Assembly (NCBI GenBank): GCA_963724465.1
Contig: CAVRUT010000003.1
Location: 241,658-305,657 of the forward strand
Reading direction: 5' to 3'
DNA: 64,000 bases
DNA from: an uncultured Acidobacteriota bacterium
Lineage (GTDB): Bacteria; Acidobacteriota; Thermoanaerobaculia; UBA5066; Gp7-AA6
Made by a program: the position numbers and the translations under genes. Below, in pieces: positions 52,808 through 63,787 of this stretch (positions within the stretch are counted from its first letter, which is position 1; the number at the start of each line of letters is the position of its first letter). The notes below the pieces were generated by a model, which searched no databases, was not told the origin of the DNA, and saw nothing but the letters and a program-made list of their open reading frames with translations.

Positions 52808-54767
52808 ATGCTGAAGACGATGCGCAACAGCTTCCATCACCTGAAGTGGACGCTGTTCCTCGTAATCGCCGTTTTCATCCTGGGGTTCGTCTTCTGGTCG
52901 GGCTCGAGCACCGACCCGAACAAGGCCGGCCAGATCGTCGCTCGCGTCGGCAACGAGCGCATCACGGCCGTCGAGTTCGACCGCCAGTACCGCGCCCAGG
53001 TGGAGCGTTACCGTCAGATGTACCAGGGCAACTTCTCGCCCGAGCTCGAGCGCGCCCTCGACCTGCCTCGCAACGTCCTCGACGCGATGATCGAGCGCAT
53101 GCTGCGCCTCGAGGCGGCCAGGCGACTGGACCTCCACGTCTCCGACGAGGAGCTCGCCCAGAAGCTCGTCACGCTGCCCTTCTTCCAGGACAACGGCCAG
53201 TTCATCGGGCGCGAGAAGTACGAGAGGATGCTGCGCTCCAACGGCGTTCTGCCCGAGCGCTTCGAAGAGGAGCTGCGCGAGGACCTGCTCCTCGAGAAGT
53301 ACTCCGGCCTGGTGAAGGCCTCCGTGGTCGTCCCCGAGTCGGAGCTCGCGCGCGAGTTTGCCGAACGCAACGACAAGGCCACGATCGAGTACATCCTCGT
53401 CCCGGCGGCACGTCTCGACTCCAACGCGCAGCCCTCCGAGGCCGACCTCCAGGCCTACCTCGACAAGCACAAGGACCGCTACCGCGCGCCCGTCCAGCGC
53501 AAGGTCAAGTACCTGCTGATCGACCGGGCCCGGGTGCGTTCAAAGATCACGCCGACGGATGCCGAGATCCGCGCCGCCTACGAACAGCGCAAGGACTCCT
53601 TCAACGTGCCCGAGCAGGTCAACGCCTCGCACATCCTCATCGCGGTCAAGGCCGAAGGCGACGCGAACGCGGACGCCGCGGCCAAGGCCCGCGCCGAGGC
53701 CCTCGCCGCTCGCGCGAAGGCTCCGGGCACCGACTTCGCGAAGCTCGCCAACGAGAACACGGACGACCCGAGCGGCAAGACGTCGGGCGGCAAACTGCCG
53801 CCCTTCTCCCACGGGCAGATGGTGCCGGAATTCGAACAGGCCGCCTTCAGCATGGCGCCGGGGGAGATCCGCGGCCCGATCAGGACGCAGTTCGGATATC
53901 ACATCATCAAGGTCGAATCGAAAACGCCGGCGCGCATGCGCCCTCTCGAGGAAGTACGCTCCACGATCGCCGCCGACCTGTCCGAAAAGCAGGCCGCGGC
54001 CGAGGTGGAGCGCCTCTCGAAGGAGCTCTCCGAGAAGCTGAAGGGCATGTCCTCGGCCTCGGACGACGACCTGCGCAAGCTCCAGAGCGACGTCGTCACG
54101 TACAACACGACCGAATGGGGCGCCCGCGGCGACGCCGTCCAGGGCATCGGCGCGAACCAGAAGTTCGCCGACGAGGCCTGGACGACGTCCCTCGGCAAGG
54201 TCTCGGCGACCCCCATCACGACTGCGCGCGGCGTCGTCTTCGTCAAGCCCACCGAGGAGCGCGCCGCCGGAGTGCCTCCGTTCGCGGAATTGAGGGCGAG
54301 GCTCGAGTCCGACTGGAAAGCAGAGCGCCGCGAGAAGGACGCCCTCGCCCAGCTCGAGCCGGCCTCGAAGGAGCTCGCCTCCGGCACGACGCTCGCCTCG
54401 CTCGCGGGCCGCTACGGCACGGAAGTCAAGACGACCACCGAGTTCGGACCCGGAGGCCCCGTTCCCGAGGTCGGAACCGCGCCCGAGCTCGTGGCCGCCG
54501 TGTTCCGGACGGCGCAGGGCCAGGCGGGGCCCGCCGGTCGCCGTGCCCGGAGGCTTCGCGCTCTTTCGCGTCCTGACCCGCACGGAGGGCAACCGCGGCA
54601 CGTTCGAGGCGCAAAAGGAGCAGCTGCGCGAGTCCATCCGAAGCCGCGAGGCCGACCGGCTGACCCGCGCGTACCTCCAGCAGATGCGCGCGGCGCGCAC
54701 CGTCGAGGTCAACGAACAGCTCCTCGCCTCGTTCCTGCGCGATACCGGCGGCAATCGGCGCAGCTAA
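52808..54767 (+). CDS. ppiD: Periplasmic chaperone / peptidyl-prolyl isomerase PpiD-like; frameshift near 54530
   Basis: N-terminal TM helix, SurA-like helices and a parvulin domain (ASHILI...GYHIIKV). The C-terminus ...VAVPGGFALFRVLTRTEGNRGTFEAQKEQL...RRS* is in the +1 frame relative to ...FRTAQGQAG. Confidence 0.6.
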
Positions 54768-54780
54768 GGCACGTGGCCCC

Positions 54781-55371
54781 ATGATCGGCCGCCTGACCGG
54801 CCGCCTCGCGGCGAAAGCGCCCGACCAGGTGCTTCTCGAGGTCGGGGGCGTGGGCTACCTCGTCCACATTCCGCTCTCGACCTTCTACGAGTTGCCCGAG
54901 AACGAGAGCCCGGCGTCCCTCTGGATTCACACCCACGTCCGCGAGGACGCGCTCGCCCTGTACGGCTTTCTGACCGAACGCGAGCGCACGCTCTTTCTCC
55001 TGCTGCTCGGAGTGACCGGGATCGGCCCGCGCGTGGCGCTCACGGTGCTCTCCGGCATTCCGCCGTCCGAGCTCGTCGTGGCGCTGCGCACGCAGGACGT
55101 GCGGAGGCTGGTGGCGGTGCCCGGAGTCGGCAAGAAGACCGCCGAGAGGATGGTGCTCGAGCTCGCCGAAAAGGTCGCGAGCCTGGCCGGCGAGGCCCCT
55201 CCGAAGGCTCCGGCCGCCATCGCCGTTGACGACGTCGTCTCCGCGCTCGTCAACCTGGGCTACCGGAAGGCCGAGGCCGAGCGCGCCGTGGACGCGGCGG
55301 CGCGGGCGGGCGGATCGCGTGAGTTCGGGCAGTTCCTGAAGGAGGCCCTGCGGCGGTTGACTTCGGCCTGA
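54781..55371 (+). CDS. ruvA: Holliday junction DNA helicase subunit RuvA
   Basis: MIGRLTGRL...LLLGVTGIGPRVALTVLSG...LVAVPGVGKKTAERMVLEL. Confidence 0.85.
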   Translation: MIGRLTGRLAAKAPDQVLLEVGGVGYLVHIPLSTFYELPENESPASLWIHTHVREDALALYGFLTERERTLFLLLLGVTGIGPRVALTVLSGIPPSELVVALRTQDVRRLVAVPGVGKKTAERMVLELAEKVASLAGEAPPKAPAAIAVDDVVSALVNLGYRKAEAERAVDAAARAGGSREFGQFLKEALRRLTSA

Positions 55372-55524
55372 CGTCCGCCAGGATGTCCACGCCGAGTTCA
55401 TCCCGAGGCGCGTGAGCGCCGAGGGATCCCGTTCCTATCCGCAAGGCTCGAAAAAGGATCCCTCGCTAAGGCCCGGGATGACAGACCGTGAGGAGCCGCC
55501 AGCGGGACGATAGACTGTTACGGC

Positions 55525-56547
55525 TTGACTGAGTCACGCGAAATCCTGGCCGGGACCGCGCTCGAGGACGACACTGCCGTCGAGCCGAAGCTGCGACCCC
55601 AGACCCTCGGCGAGTACATCGGCCAGACGAAGGTCCGCGAGAACCTCTCGGTCTTCCTCGCGGCCGCGCGAGGAAGGGGCGAGCCACTCGACCACGTGCT
55701 GCTGACGGGGCCGCCCGGGCTCGGCAAGACGACGCTCGCCCACATCGTCGCGCGGGAGATGGCCGCAGGGCTGCGCCTGACCGCCGGACCCATGATCGCG
55801 CGCGCGGGAGACCTCGCCGGCATCCTGACGAACCTCCAGCCCCGAGACATCCTGTTCGTCGACGAGATCCACCGTCTCTCGCCGACGGTCGAGGAGATCC
55901 TCTACCCCGCCATGGAGGACTTCCGGCTCGACGTCCTGATCGGCGAGGGGCCGATGGCCCGCACCATGAAGGTGGACCTGCCGCCCTTCACGCTCATCGG
56001 CGCCACGACGCGGCCGGGGCTGCTCTCCCAGCCGCTCCACGGCCGCTTCGGCATCACGCTGCGCCTCGACTTCTACGACGTGGCCGCGCTCGCCGAGATC
56101 GTGAACCGCTCGGCCCGCATCCTCTCGATCCGCATCACCCCGGAGGCCGCGCGCGAGATCGGCGCCCGCAGCCGCGGAACGCCGCGCATCGCCAACCGGC
56201 TGCTCCGCAGGCTGCGCGACTTTGCCGAGGTGGCGGGCAAGGACGAGATCGGTCTCGAGACCGCGCGACAGGCGCTCAAGCGCCTCGAGGTGGACGAGCA
56301 CGGATTCGACGAGCTCGACCGCCGGATCCTCTCGACGATCATCGAGAAGTTCGGTGGCGGCCCGGTCGGCGTGGGCGCGATCGCGGCGTCGCTCGGCGAG
56401 GACCGCGGCACGCTCGAAGACCTCTACGAGCCCTATCTCCTCCAGGCCGGGTTCCTGCAGCGCACGCCCCGCGGGCGCGTCGCCTCGCCGGCCGCCTACC
56501 GCCACCTGGGGATCGTGCCGCCGCGCAGGGACGGGGAGCTCTTCTAG
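55525..56547 (+). CDS. ruvB: Holliday junction ATP-dependent helicase RuvB
   Basis: LRPQTL.EYIGQ...[14 protein letters not shown]...LFVDEIHRL. Confidence 0.9.
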   Translation: MTESREILAGTALEDDTAVEPKLRPQTLGEYIGQTKVRENLSVFLAAARGRGEPLDHVLLTGPPGLGKTTLAHIVAREMAAGLRLTAGPMIARAGDLAGILTNLQPRDILFVDEIHRLSPTVEEILYPAMEDFRLDVLIGEGPMARTMKVDLPPFTLIGATTRPGLLSQPLHGRFGITLRLDFYDVAALAEIVNRSARILSIRITPEAAREIGARSRGTPRIANRLLRRLRDFAEVAGKDEIGLETARQALKRLEVDEHGFDELDRRILSTIIEKFGGGPVGVGAIAASLGEDRGTLEDLYEPYLLQAGFLQRTPRGRVASPAAYRHLGIVPPRRDGELF

Positions 56548-56554
56548 GAGCCCG

Positions 56555-57445
56555 GTGAAGCGCGGCATCCTCGTCTACAACCCGACGGCCGGACAGCGGG
56601 ACCGCCGGGGGGCGATGAGCGCTCTGATCGACCGGCAGCGCCGGCGCGGGCTCGAGCTCGTCAACGCCCCGACGAGCGGACCCGGAGACGCGACGGCGAT
56701 CGTGAAGAGCTTCGTGCCGCGCGGCATCGACGTCGTTGCGGTCTGCGGCGGCGACGGGACCATCTCGGAGGCGGCCTGCGGCCTCGAGGGCTCCTCCGTG
56801 CCGCTCGCCGTGCTGCCGGGAGGCACCTCGAACGTCCTCGCGATCGAGCTCGGCATTCCGGCCAACCTCGCCCGGGCGGAAGCCCTGCTTTACGAGGGCG
56901 TGCCGCATCCGCTGCGCCTGGCGCACGCGGACGGGCGACCTTTCCTGCTCTGGGCCGGGGCGGGCATCGACGCGCGCGTCATGGCCAGCATGCACCTGCC
57001 GTTGAAGCGCCTGCTCGGCCGCGCCGGGATCCTGCCCGCGGCCCTCGCCGAGTTCCTGCGCTACGACTTTCCCGGCCTCGAGGTCGAGATCGACGGCGCC
57101 GCTCACACGGCGACGTTCGCCGTCGCCTGCCGCGCGCGCCACTACGCCGGAAGGTGGGTCATCGCCCCCGAAGCGCGGCTCGACGCCGATCGGTTCGACG
57201 TTCTCCTCTTTTCGCACCGCAGCCGGCGCAAGCTCGCCCGGCTCTTCCGGCTCATGGCGGCCGGCCGGGGCGGGCACCTGAAGAGCGGCCTCGCGCGCAT
57301 CGTGCGCGGACGGGAGGTGACCATGCGCTCGCTCGACGGGCCCGTCGAGGTGCAGGTGGACGGCGACGCCGTCCTCCGGACGCCGATCGCGTGCCGGGTC
57401 GGGACCGAGATCGTGAACGTTCTCGTTCCGAAGAAGCGCGGCTGA
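56555..57445 (+). CDS. Diacylglycerol/lipid kinase-family protein (YegS/DagK-like)
   Basis: GTG start; ILVYNPTAG...VCGGDGT...LPGGTSN. Confidence 0.65.
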   Translation: MKRGILVYNPTAGQRDRRGAMSALIDRQRRRGLELVNAPTSGPGDATAIVKSFVPRGIDVVAVCGGDGTISEAACGLEGSSVPLAVLPGGTSNVLAIELGIPANLARAEALLYEGVPHPLRLAHADGRPFLLWAGAGIDARVMASMHLPLKRLLGRAGILPAALAEFLRYDFPGLEVEIDGAAHTATFAVACRARHYAGRWVIAPEARLDADRFDVLLFSHRSRRKLARLFRLMAAGRGGHLKSGLARIVRGREVTMRSLDGPVEVQVDGDAVLRTPIACRVGTEIVNVLVPKKRG

Positions 57446-57452
57446 CGGGCCC

Positions 57453-58905
57453 CTACTTCTTGCCGCTCAGGACGGCCTTCTCCACGTCCGCGACCTCGCG
57501 CGGCGCGGCGCACGACAGGCACTCGTAGCCGTCCTTCGTGACGAGGACCGTGTCCTCGATCCGTACGCCGATATTCCACCACTTCGGGTCCACGCCCTGC
57601 ATGTTCGCCGGAATGTAGATCCCCGGCTCGATCGTGAAGACCATCCCGGGCTCGAGAACGCGCGACTTTCCGCCCGGAACTCCGTAGCCGTCTGCGTCGT
57701 GGACGTCGAGCCCCACCCAGTGCGAGACGCCGTGGAGCGTGAACCGGCGGTGGCCGAAGCCCTTGATCAGCGTCGCCGGGTCCCCCGAGAGAAGGCCGAG
57801 CTTCACGAGGCCCTCGGTCTGCACGAGCGCGGCTCTCTTCTCGATCTCGTCGTGGCCGATCCCCGGTTTGACGAGCGCCATGGCCTGCTTCTGGGCGTCG
57901 AGGACGATCTCGTAAATCGCGCGCTGCTGCGCCGAAAATTGCCCGTTCACGGGGTACGTCCGCGTGATGTCGGTCGCATACATCCCGTACTCGGCTCCTG
58001 AGTCGTCGAGCAGGAGCTCGCCGTCCTTCATCTGGCGGCTGCTCTCGTCGTAGTGGAGAATGCAGGAGTTGGGCCCGGAGCCCGCGATCGAGGGGTATGC
58101 CATCCGGCGCACGCCGTTGGCGTAGCAGTAGCCGTCGAGCACCGCCTGGACTTCGAACTCCCACTTGTCGGGAGCGGCGGCCTGCATGGAGCGCACGTGG
58201 CCCTGCGCGGACACGTCGGCGGCACGGCGCAGGAAGCGCAGGTCCTCCGCGTCCTTGACGAGGCGCATTTCGTGGATCATGCCGCGAGCGTCCACGATGG
58301 CCGCCGGGCCCTGGTCGCCCGAGCGCATGTCCCTGTAATCCTTCTGGAACTTGGCCGCCCACTCCTCGTCGTGACCGTCGGAGAGGTAGAGCTTCTCCAT
58401 GCCGACGAGGTAGCCGCTGGTCTTGTACGTGTTCCGGTCGAACTCGGCAAGCTTCTGCTCGAAGTCCTTGAGGGGGAACGCCGCGTCGGCCCCGTACGCC
58501 GCGACCGCCTCGTCCGGCCCCACCCGGACGCCGGCCCAGACCTCGCGGCGCAGGTCGCGAGGTCGCAGGAACAGGACGTACCGCTTTCCGTCCGGCGCGT
58601 CCGGCCGCAGGACAGCCGTCACGTCGTCTTCGGCAATGTTGGTCAGGTAGTAGAAGTCGGAATCCTGGCGGTAGATGTACTCGACGTCGTTGGTCATCTT
58701 GCGCATCGGCGCCGACCGAAGGATCGCGATGGATTTCGGCGGCAGCAGCGCCATGAACTTCTCGCGCCGCGCCTTGAAGGCCGCGGGGTCGGGCGTCAGA
58801 GGAGGGTAGTCGAGGGCGACGAGCGGCGCCGCGCAGAGCAGGAGAGCGGCGGCGAGGAGCCATTTCGGATTTCGGACTTCGGATCTCGGATTCGACGGCA
58901 CGCGG
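57453..58905 (-). CDS. pepP: Secreted Xaa-Pro aminopeptidase (M24B, PepP-like)
   Basis: ...HYDESSRQMKDGELLLDDSGAEY...HGVSHWVGLDVHD...EPGIYI. The N-terminal hydrophobic signal is WLLAAALLLCAAPLVA. The start is uncertain (probably a GTG near 58905). Confidence 0.7.
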
Positions 58906-58915
58906 CCTCTCCTTC

Positions 58916-60490
58916 CTAACGTTTGGAAATGAACGACCAGGGAGCGGGTGCGGCCACGGGCCGAACGCTCCCGGGCCGAATGACCGCGGCGATGCGTTCG
59001 CGGTGCGCCTTCAACAGGCGGCGCACGGGGGTTCCGTCGGCGGCCTCCTCGAGGACGTCGGAGCCCGATTCGTCCACCTTCGCGAGGAACGCCTCCCAGA
59101 CGGCCTCCCCCACCGGCATCCCGCGGAACACGACGTTCGGGATCCGCGCGAGCTCGCGCTGGAGGAAGGCGAGCTTTTCTTTGAGGTCCTCCTCGTCCCG
59201 AAGCCCCTCGTCCTCGTAGGGCGTGTGGGGCTTTGGGATGAAGGCGTTGACCGAGGGCACGATTTCCGCCACCCGGCCCAGGCGCCTCCCCTCGTCGACG
59301 GCGATTTCGTGGAGCCGCTCCACGAGCCGAACGAGGTCGCCCACGTCCTCGTCCGTCTCGGACGGGAGGCCGACCTGCAGGTAGAGCTTCAGGCGCGTGA
59401 AACCCCGGGCGAAGACGAGCCGCGCCTTTTCGAAGAGCATCGCGTCGGAGACCTTCTTGTTGATGAAGCGGCGCAGCCGCTCGTTGCCGGCCTCGGGCGC
59501 GATCGAGAGAGCGCGCTCGCCCTGCCGGGCGAGGACCTCCAGGATGCGGTCCTCGATCGCGTCGATCTTGATCGAGGAAAGAGCGATGTGGTACCCGAGG
59601 CCGGCCAGGCCCTCGAGGATCACGCCGATCTCGGGATGGTCGCACACGGCCGTGGCGATCAGGCCCGCGCGGCCCGTCAGCGGGCGCGCCTCGCGGGCGA
59701 CCTGGAGGATCGAAGCCGCCGGATACTGCTTGACCGGCGCCATCGCGTAGGCTGCCCAGCAGAAGCGGCACATCTCGGTGCAGCCGCGCGAGATCTCGAT
59801 CAGGAGTTTGTCGGCGAGCTCCGTGCGCGGCGTGAGGATCGTGGTGTGAGGCACCTCGAAGTCGGGGGCGATCTCCTTGCGCGACATGGGCTGCTGTATG
59901 ACGACGCGCGCGTTCTCGGCCGACTCGGCGCGCGCGCCCTGGACGGCCGGCACGAAGAACCCTGGCAGCGCCGCCGCCGCGGCGAGGAAATCGTCGCGAT
60001 CGAGCCCGGCCGTCAGGAGCTCCGCGATGCGCGGCACGAGCCGCTCGCCGTCGCCCAGGGCGAACACGTCCACGAAGGGCGAGAGGGCCGCCGGGTTCAT
60101 CCTCGCGATGTCGCCCCCGACGAGGACGAGGGGGTGTCGCTCGTCCCGCTCCGCGCGGCGCCGCGGAACGCCGGCCGCGCGCAGGGTGCGCAGGATGTTG
60201 ACGATGTCCATCTCCCACGACAGAGACCAGGCGAGCAGGCCGAAGTCCGCCAGCGGCGTACCGGTTTCGAACGTGACCGCCGGCTCGCCCTCTTCGCAGA
60301 AGAACCGCTCGCAGGACAGGTCCGGGATCCGGTTGAAGAGCCGGTACACCCACTGGAAGCCGAGATTGGACATCCCGACCTCGTAGGAGTTGGGAAACCC
60401 GAGGGCGAGGCGGTAGGCGCCGAAGCGGTTCGGCTCCTCCGTGAACCGCTCGAGGGCGGCGCGCTCCCTGTTTTTCGGCGTTGCGGGCAT
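58916..60490 (-). CDS. Radical SAM-family protein with an N-terminal B12-like/flavodoxin-like domain, uncharacterised subfamily
   Basis: CTEMCRFCWA (CxxxCxxC). 524 aa, intact. Confidence 0.6.
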   Translation of the reverse strand: MPATPKNRERAALERFTEEPNRFGAYRLALGFPNSYEVGMSNLGFQWVYRLFNRIPDLSCERFFCEEGEPAVTFETGTPLADFGLLAWSLSWEMDIVNILRTLRAAGVPRRRAERDERHPLVLVGGDIARMNPAALSPFVDVFALGDGERLVPRIAELLTAGLDRDDFLAAAAALPGFFVPAVQGARAESAENARVVIQQPMSRKEIAPDFEVPHTTILTPRTELADKLLIEISRGCTEMCRFCWAAYAMAPVKQYPAASILQVAREARPLTGRAGLIATAVCDHPEIGVILEGLAGLGYHIALSSIKIDAIEDRILEVLARQGERALSIAPEAGNERLRRFINKKVSDAMLFEKARLVFARGFTRLKLYLQVGLPSETDEDVGDLVRLVERLHEIAVDEGRRLGRVAEIVPSVNAFIPKPHTPYEDEGLRDEEDLKEKLAFLQRELARIPNVVFRGMPVGEAVWEAFLAKVDESGSDVLEEAADGTPVRRLLKAHRERIAAVIRPGSVRPVAAPAPWSFISKR

Positions 60491-60504
60491 GGCGGAACCG
60501 CCGA

Positions 60505-61665
60505 TTATACGGGCCGGCGTCCGCGACCGTCCCGGGCGGCGAAAACCCAGTCCCCGACGTTGGACCCCGTCGGCCCGGTGACGAAGAGGCCCCCCGCAGC
60601 GGCAAAGAACGCGAGCGTGTCGTGGCGGCCGAGGGCCTCCCGCGCGTCGAGGCCGAGGCGGGCGGCGCGCACCGCCGTCCCGCCGTTCACCCGCGCTCCG
60701 GCCGCGCCCGAGCTGCCGTCGAGGCCGTCCGAGCCCGCGGCCAGCAGCGAAAGGTCGTCCCGACCCTCGAGACCCCGGGCCGCCCCGAGCGCGAGCTCGA
60801 GGCAGCGTCCGCCCCGGCCGTGCCGGGCCCCGAGTGCGACCACGGTTTCGCCCCCCGCCAGAAGGACCGAGCGCGGAGGAAGCCTGCGCGCCGCCCGCGC
60901 CAGCCGCGCTCCGGCCGCCCGCGCCTGGCCGGAGAGGCGCCCGCGGACCCGGACCACCCGAAGACCCAGACGACGCGCCTCCCGGGCCGCAGCGTCCAGG
61001 CCGGATCGGTTCGAGCCGACGACCCGCACGACGTCGCCGCGGCGGCCCCGCACCGTGGGTCCTGAGCCTACGACCGAGGCCCGGTCCCCGGGAACGTCGG
61101 AGAGAACGAGGGTGACCAGACGTGCCCGCGTCGCGCGGCCGAGCCGCCCGCCCTTGACCGCGGACAGAGACGTCCGCAGGCGGTTGAGCTCGAAGATCGA
61201 GGCCCCCGATCGCGCGAGTTCCCCTACTGCATGTTTCTTACGCGCCAGGGTAACGCCCTCCCGTGGCAGGGCGACGAGCGAAGACGCGCCGCCCGAGATG
61301 AGACACAAGATGACGTCCTCCCGACCGAAGCTTTCGAAGAAGCGCAGCGCCCGCCGCGCCGCCCTCACGCTCGAGGCGTCGGGCTCTGGATGGGCGGCGA
61401 AGGCGACGTCGCAGCCCTCGAGCCCCGTGGCCGGATGGCCTTTCGGGAGGATCGCGAGCGCCCGCACCGGCCCGAGCGTCCTCGCGCCCCGCGTCATGCG
61501 GGCCGCCGCCTTGCCCGCCGCGAAGATCCCGACGGACCTCGCAGCCCGAAGCGCCCGCCCGACGTTCGTGAGGGCGAGGGCCCGGCGCACGGCGGCCTCG
61601 GGATCGGCTCCCGCCAGGGCCGCGCGGTAGAGACGCTCGAGCAGTCGGCGGGGGGAATGATTCAC
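60505..61665 (-). CDS. Glycerate kinase (MOFRL/TtuD family)
   Basis: ...ILCLISGGASSLV...IFELNRLRTSLSAVKGGRL... Confidence 0.5.
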   Translation of the reverse strand: MNHSPRRLLERLYRAALAGADPEAAVRRALALTNVGRALRAARSVGIFAAGKAAARMTRGARTLGPVRALAILPKGHPATGLEGCDVAFAAHPEPDASSVRAARRALRFFESFGREDVILCLISGGASSLVALPREGVTLARKKHAVGELARSGASIFELNRLRTSLSAVKGGRLGRATRARLVTLVLSDVPGDRASVVGSGPTVRGRRGDVVRVVGSNRSGLDAAAREARRLGLRVVRVRGRLSGQARAAGARLARAARRLPPRSVLLAGGETVVALGARHGRGGRCLELALGAARGLEGRDDLSLLAAGSDGLDGSSGAAGARVNGGTAVRAARLGLDAREALGRHDTLAFFAAAGGLFVTGPTGSNVGDWVFAARDGRGRRPV

Positions 61666-61721
61666 GGCAGCCAGAGATTAGAATCATTTTAGGCGTCTTG
61701 GACGCCCCAGGAGGACCGAAG

Positions 61722-62048
61722 ATGAAGAAGGCGTTTGCGGCAATTCTATTGGTTGCGATCGCGTCCCTCGGCCTGGCCGCCGACACGGCCAGCTGGACCG
61801 GATTCGTCACCGACAGCCACTGCGGGGAACGGGGTGCCAAGGCCGATCACGCATCCTGCGCGGTCAAGTGCGTCAAGGAAAAGGGCGCCAAATGGGCCCT
61901 GTGGGATCCCTCGACGAAGCAGCTGTACGAACTCACCAACGCCGCCGATGCGGAAAAGTTCGCGGGCCAGGACGTGACGGTCAAGGGAACGCTCGACCCG
62001 GACAAGAAGTCGATCGCCGTGACCTCCATGGCGCCGGCCACGAAGTAA
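61722..62048 (+). CDS. Small secreted Cys-containing protein (hypothetical)
   Basis: GGAGGA ribosome-binding site; signal peptide MKKAFAAILLVAIASLGLA; ...SHCG...C.VKC pattern. Confidence 0.45.
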   Translation: MKKAFAAILLVAIASLGLAADTASWTGFVTDSHCGERGAKADHASCAVKCVKEKGAKWALWDPSTKQLYELTNAADAEKFAGQDVTVKGTLDPDKKSIAVTSMAPATK

Positions 62049-62092
62049 CTCGACAGCTCGTCCGGCCGCTGCCGCCGGCTGTGTGAGAATAG

Positions 62093-62134
62093 GGCCGCCA
62101 GACCGGAGGTTTTCCGGCCTGGCGGCTTTCTTTC
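62093..62134 (+). terminator. Intrinsic terminator immediately upstream of the desaturase start codon
   Basis: GCCGCCAG-accggaggttttccggc-CTGGCGGC hairpin followed by TTTCTTTC, abutting the ATG at 62135. Confidence 0.5.
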
Positions 62135-63148
62135 ATGAGCGCCAACCCGACCGCCGGAACGCTACCCCGCCCGGACGAACTCGCGCCCGGCGAGCACTAC
62201 TGGGCGAAGGCCTCGAAAGACCTGCGCCACCGGCTCAACAAGGCGATTCCCCACGACCTCCTGAAGGAACTCCATCACAAGAGCCCGGTCCGCCACATGC
62301 TCATCGCGGCGCGGCAGGTCCTCCTGCTCGTCGCGGCCTCCGCCGTGGCATGGCGCTTCGAGGAGCCCTGGATCTGGCTCCCGGCGGCGCTCGTCTCGGG
62401 CTGGACCGTGTTCAACTTCACGGTCCTTCTGCACGAGGCCCTCCACCACGCCGTCTTCAACGGCCCGCACCCCCGCGGCGACCGGTTCCTGTCGCTCCTC
62501 TACGCCGTGCCGTCCGGAATCTCCGCCTCTCAATTCACGCGCTGGCACTTGACCCACCACGCCGAGCTCGGCGACGCCGAGGCCGATCCCAAGCGCCACT
62601 ACCTCTCGCCGAGGATCAACCGCCCGTGGTTCAAGCTCCTCTATTTCACGCCTGCGCTCTTTCCCATCTACTTCCGCGCCGCGCGCAAGGAGACCGCGAC
62701 CTATCCGCCCGCGCTCCAGAGGCGCATCGCGCGCGAGCGGGCCGTCACGATCCTGTTCCACGTCGGCGTCATGACGGCGGTCTACGCCCTGGGCGGCCTC
62801 GCCGTCCTCGGACGCGTGTACCTCGTTCCGGTCTTCCTCGTCTTCCCGATCGCTTTCGCCCTGAACCGCCTCGGCCAGCACTACGCGATCGACCCGAGCG
62901 ACCCGGCCAAGTGGGGCTCGATCCTGAAGCCCTCGCGATTCTGGGAGTTCTGGTACCTCTCCTCCGCGTACCACCTCGAGCACCACTACTTCCCGGGCGT
63001 GCCGTTCTACAACCTGCGGCGCCTGCGCTTCGCGCTCCGGCCGTTTTTCGACGAGATCGGCTGGAAGCCGACGACTTACGGCCGTCTCTTCCGGGGCTGG
63101 ATTTTCGAAAACAAGGCGCCCCACACCGACTGGCACCTGGCGGGGTAA
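62135..63148 (+). CDS. Membrane fatty-acid desaturase
   Basis: His boxes HEALHH, HLTHH and HLEHH; four TM segments. Confidence 0.8.
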   Translation: MSANPTAGTLPRPDELAPGEHYWAKASKDLRHRLNKAIPHDLLKELHHKSPVRHMLIAARQVLLLVAASAVAWRFEEPWIWLPAALVSGWTVFNFTVLLHEALHHAVFNGPHPRGDRFLSLLYAVPSGISASQFTRWHLTHHAELGDAEADPKRHYLSPRINRPWFKLLYFTPALFPIYFRAARKETATYPPALQRRIARERAVTILFHVGVMTAVYALGGLAVLGRVYLVPVFLVFPIAFALNRLGQHYAIDPSDPAKWGSILKPSRFWEFWYLSSAYHLEHHYFPGVPFYNLRRLRFALRPFFDEIGWKPTTYGRLFRGWIFENKAPHTDWHLAG

Positions 63149-63156
63149 CTTCCGCC

Positions 63157-63600
63157 TCAGGGCGAGTCGGACCTCCGCGCCCCGGCCTCCTCCAGCATCA
63201 CCTCGAGCCGCGCGACATCGCCCCGCTGCCTCGCCGTCTCGCCCGAGCGGGCGTAGACGAAGGTCCCGTCGCGATCGAGGAACGCGACCGTCGGAATGGA
63301 GCCGGAGTACAGGAGCGAGACGAGCACCTCCTGCTCGGCGGACGGGTTGTTCAGATCGACGACGAGAAATCGGGCCTTCGCGCCGTGCAGGGCGTAGAGC
63401 TTCACGAAGCGCTCGGCCTCCCGGTTGGTGTTGTAGCAGTGAGACGTCCCGAAAAAGACCGCCGTCGGACGATCCGACGCGATCTTCCCGTCCTCCAGGT
63501 TCGCGCCCCGGATCGGGAAAGCGTCGCTCGAGTCGTCGGTGAACGAGAGGCCGGGAGCCAGAGTCAACTGTGCCGCGCCGCCCGGACCGGGCGGGGCCAC
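63157..63600 (-). CDS. Thioredoxin-fold (TlpA/redoxin-like) protein
   Basis: ...TAVFFGTSHCYNTNRE.. Only one Cys and no in-frame signal peptide. An out-of-frame signal-like MSFRPGILAAIAGGIIALLGVA lies just upstream. Confidence 0.4.
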   Translation of the reverse strand: MAPPGPGGAAQLTLAPGLSFTDDSSDAFPIRGANLEDGKIASDRPTAVFFGTSHCYNTNREAERFVKLYALHGAKARFLVVDLNNPSAEQEVLVSLLYSGSIPTVAFLDRDGTFVYARSGETARQRGDVARLEVMLEEAGARRSDSP

Positions 63601-63787
63601 GCTCCACTATTCGGGTCCCGCTGGCCCGGACCCGCCCAAAGGCTTCATGCGACGCCGAGGAGGGCGATGATGCCGCCCGCGATTGCTGCCAAGATGCCCG
63701 GCCGAAAGCTCATGAACTCTCCATGTCTGAAATAGACGAGGCCTGGACGAAAGGTTCGGCGTTAACGTATTCCTCAGGTCGAGCGCC

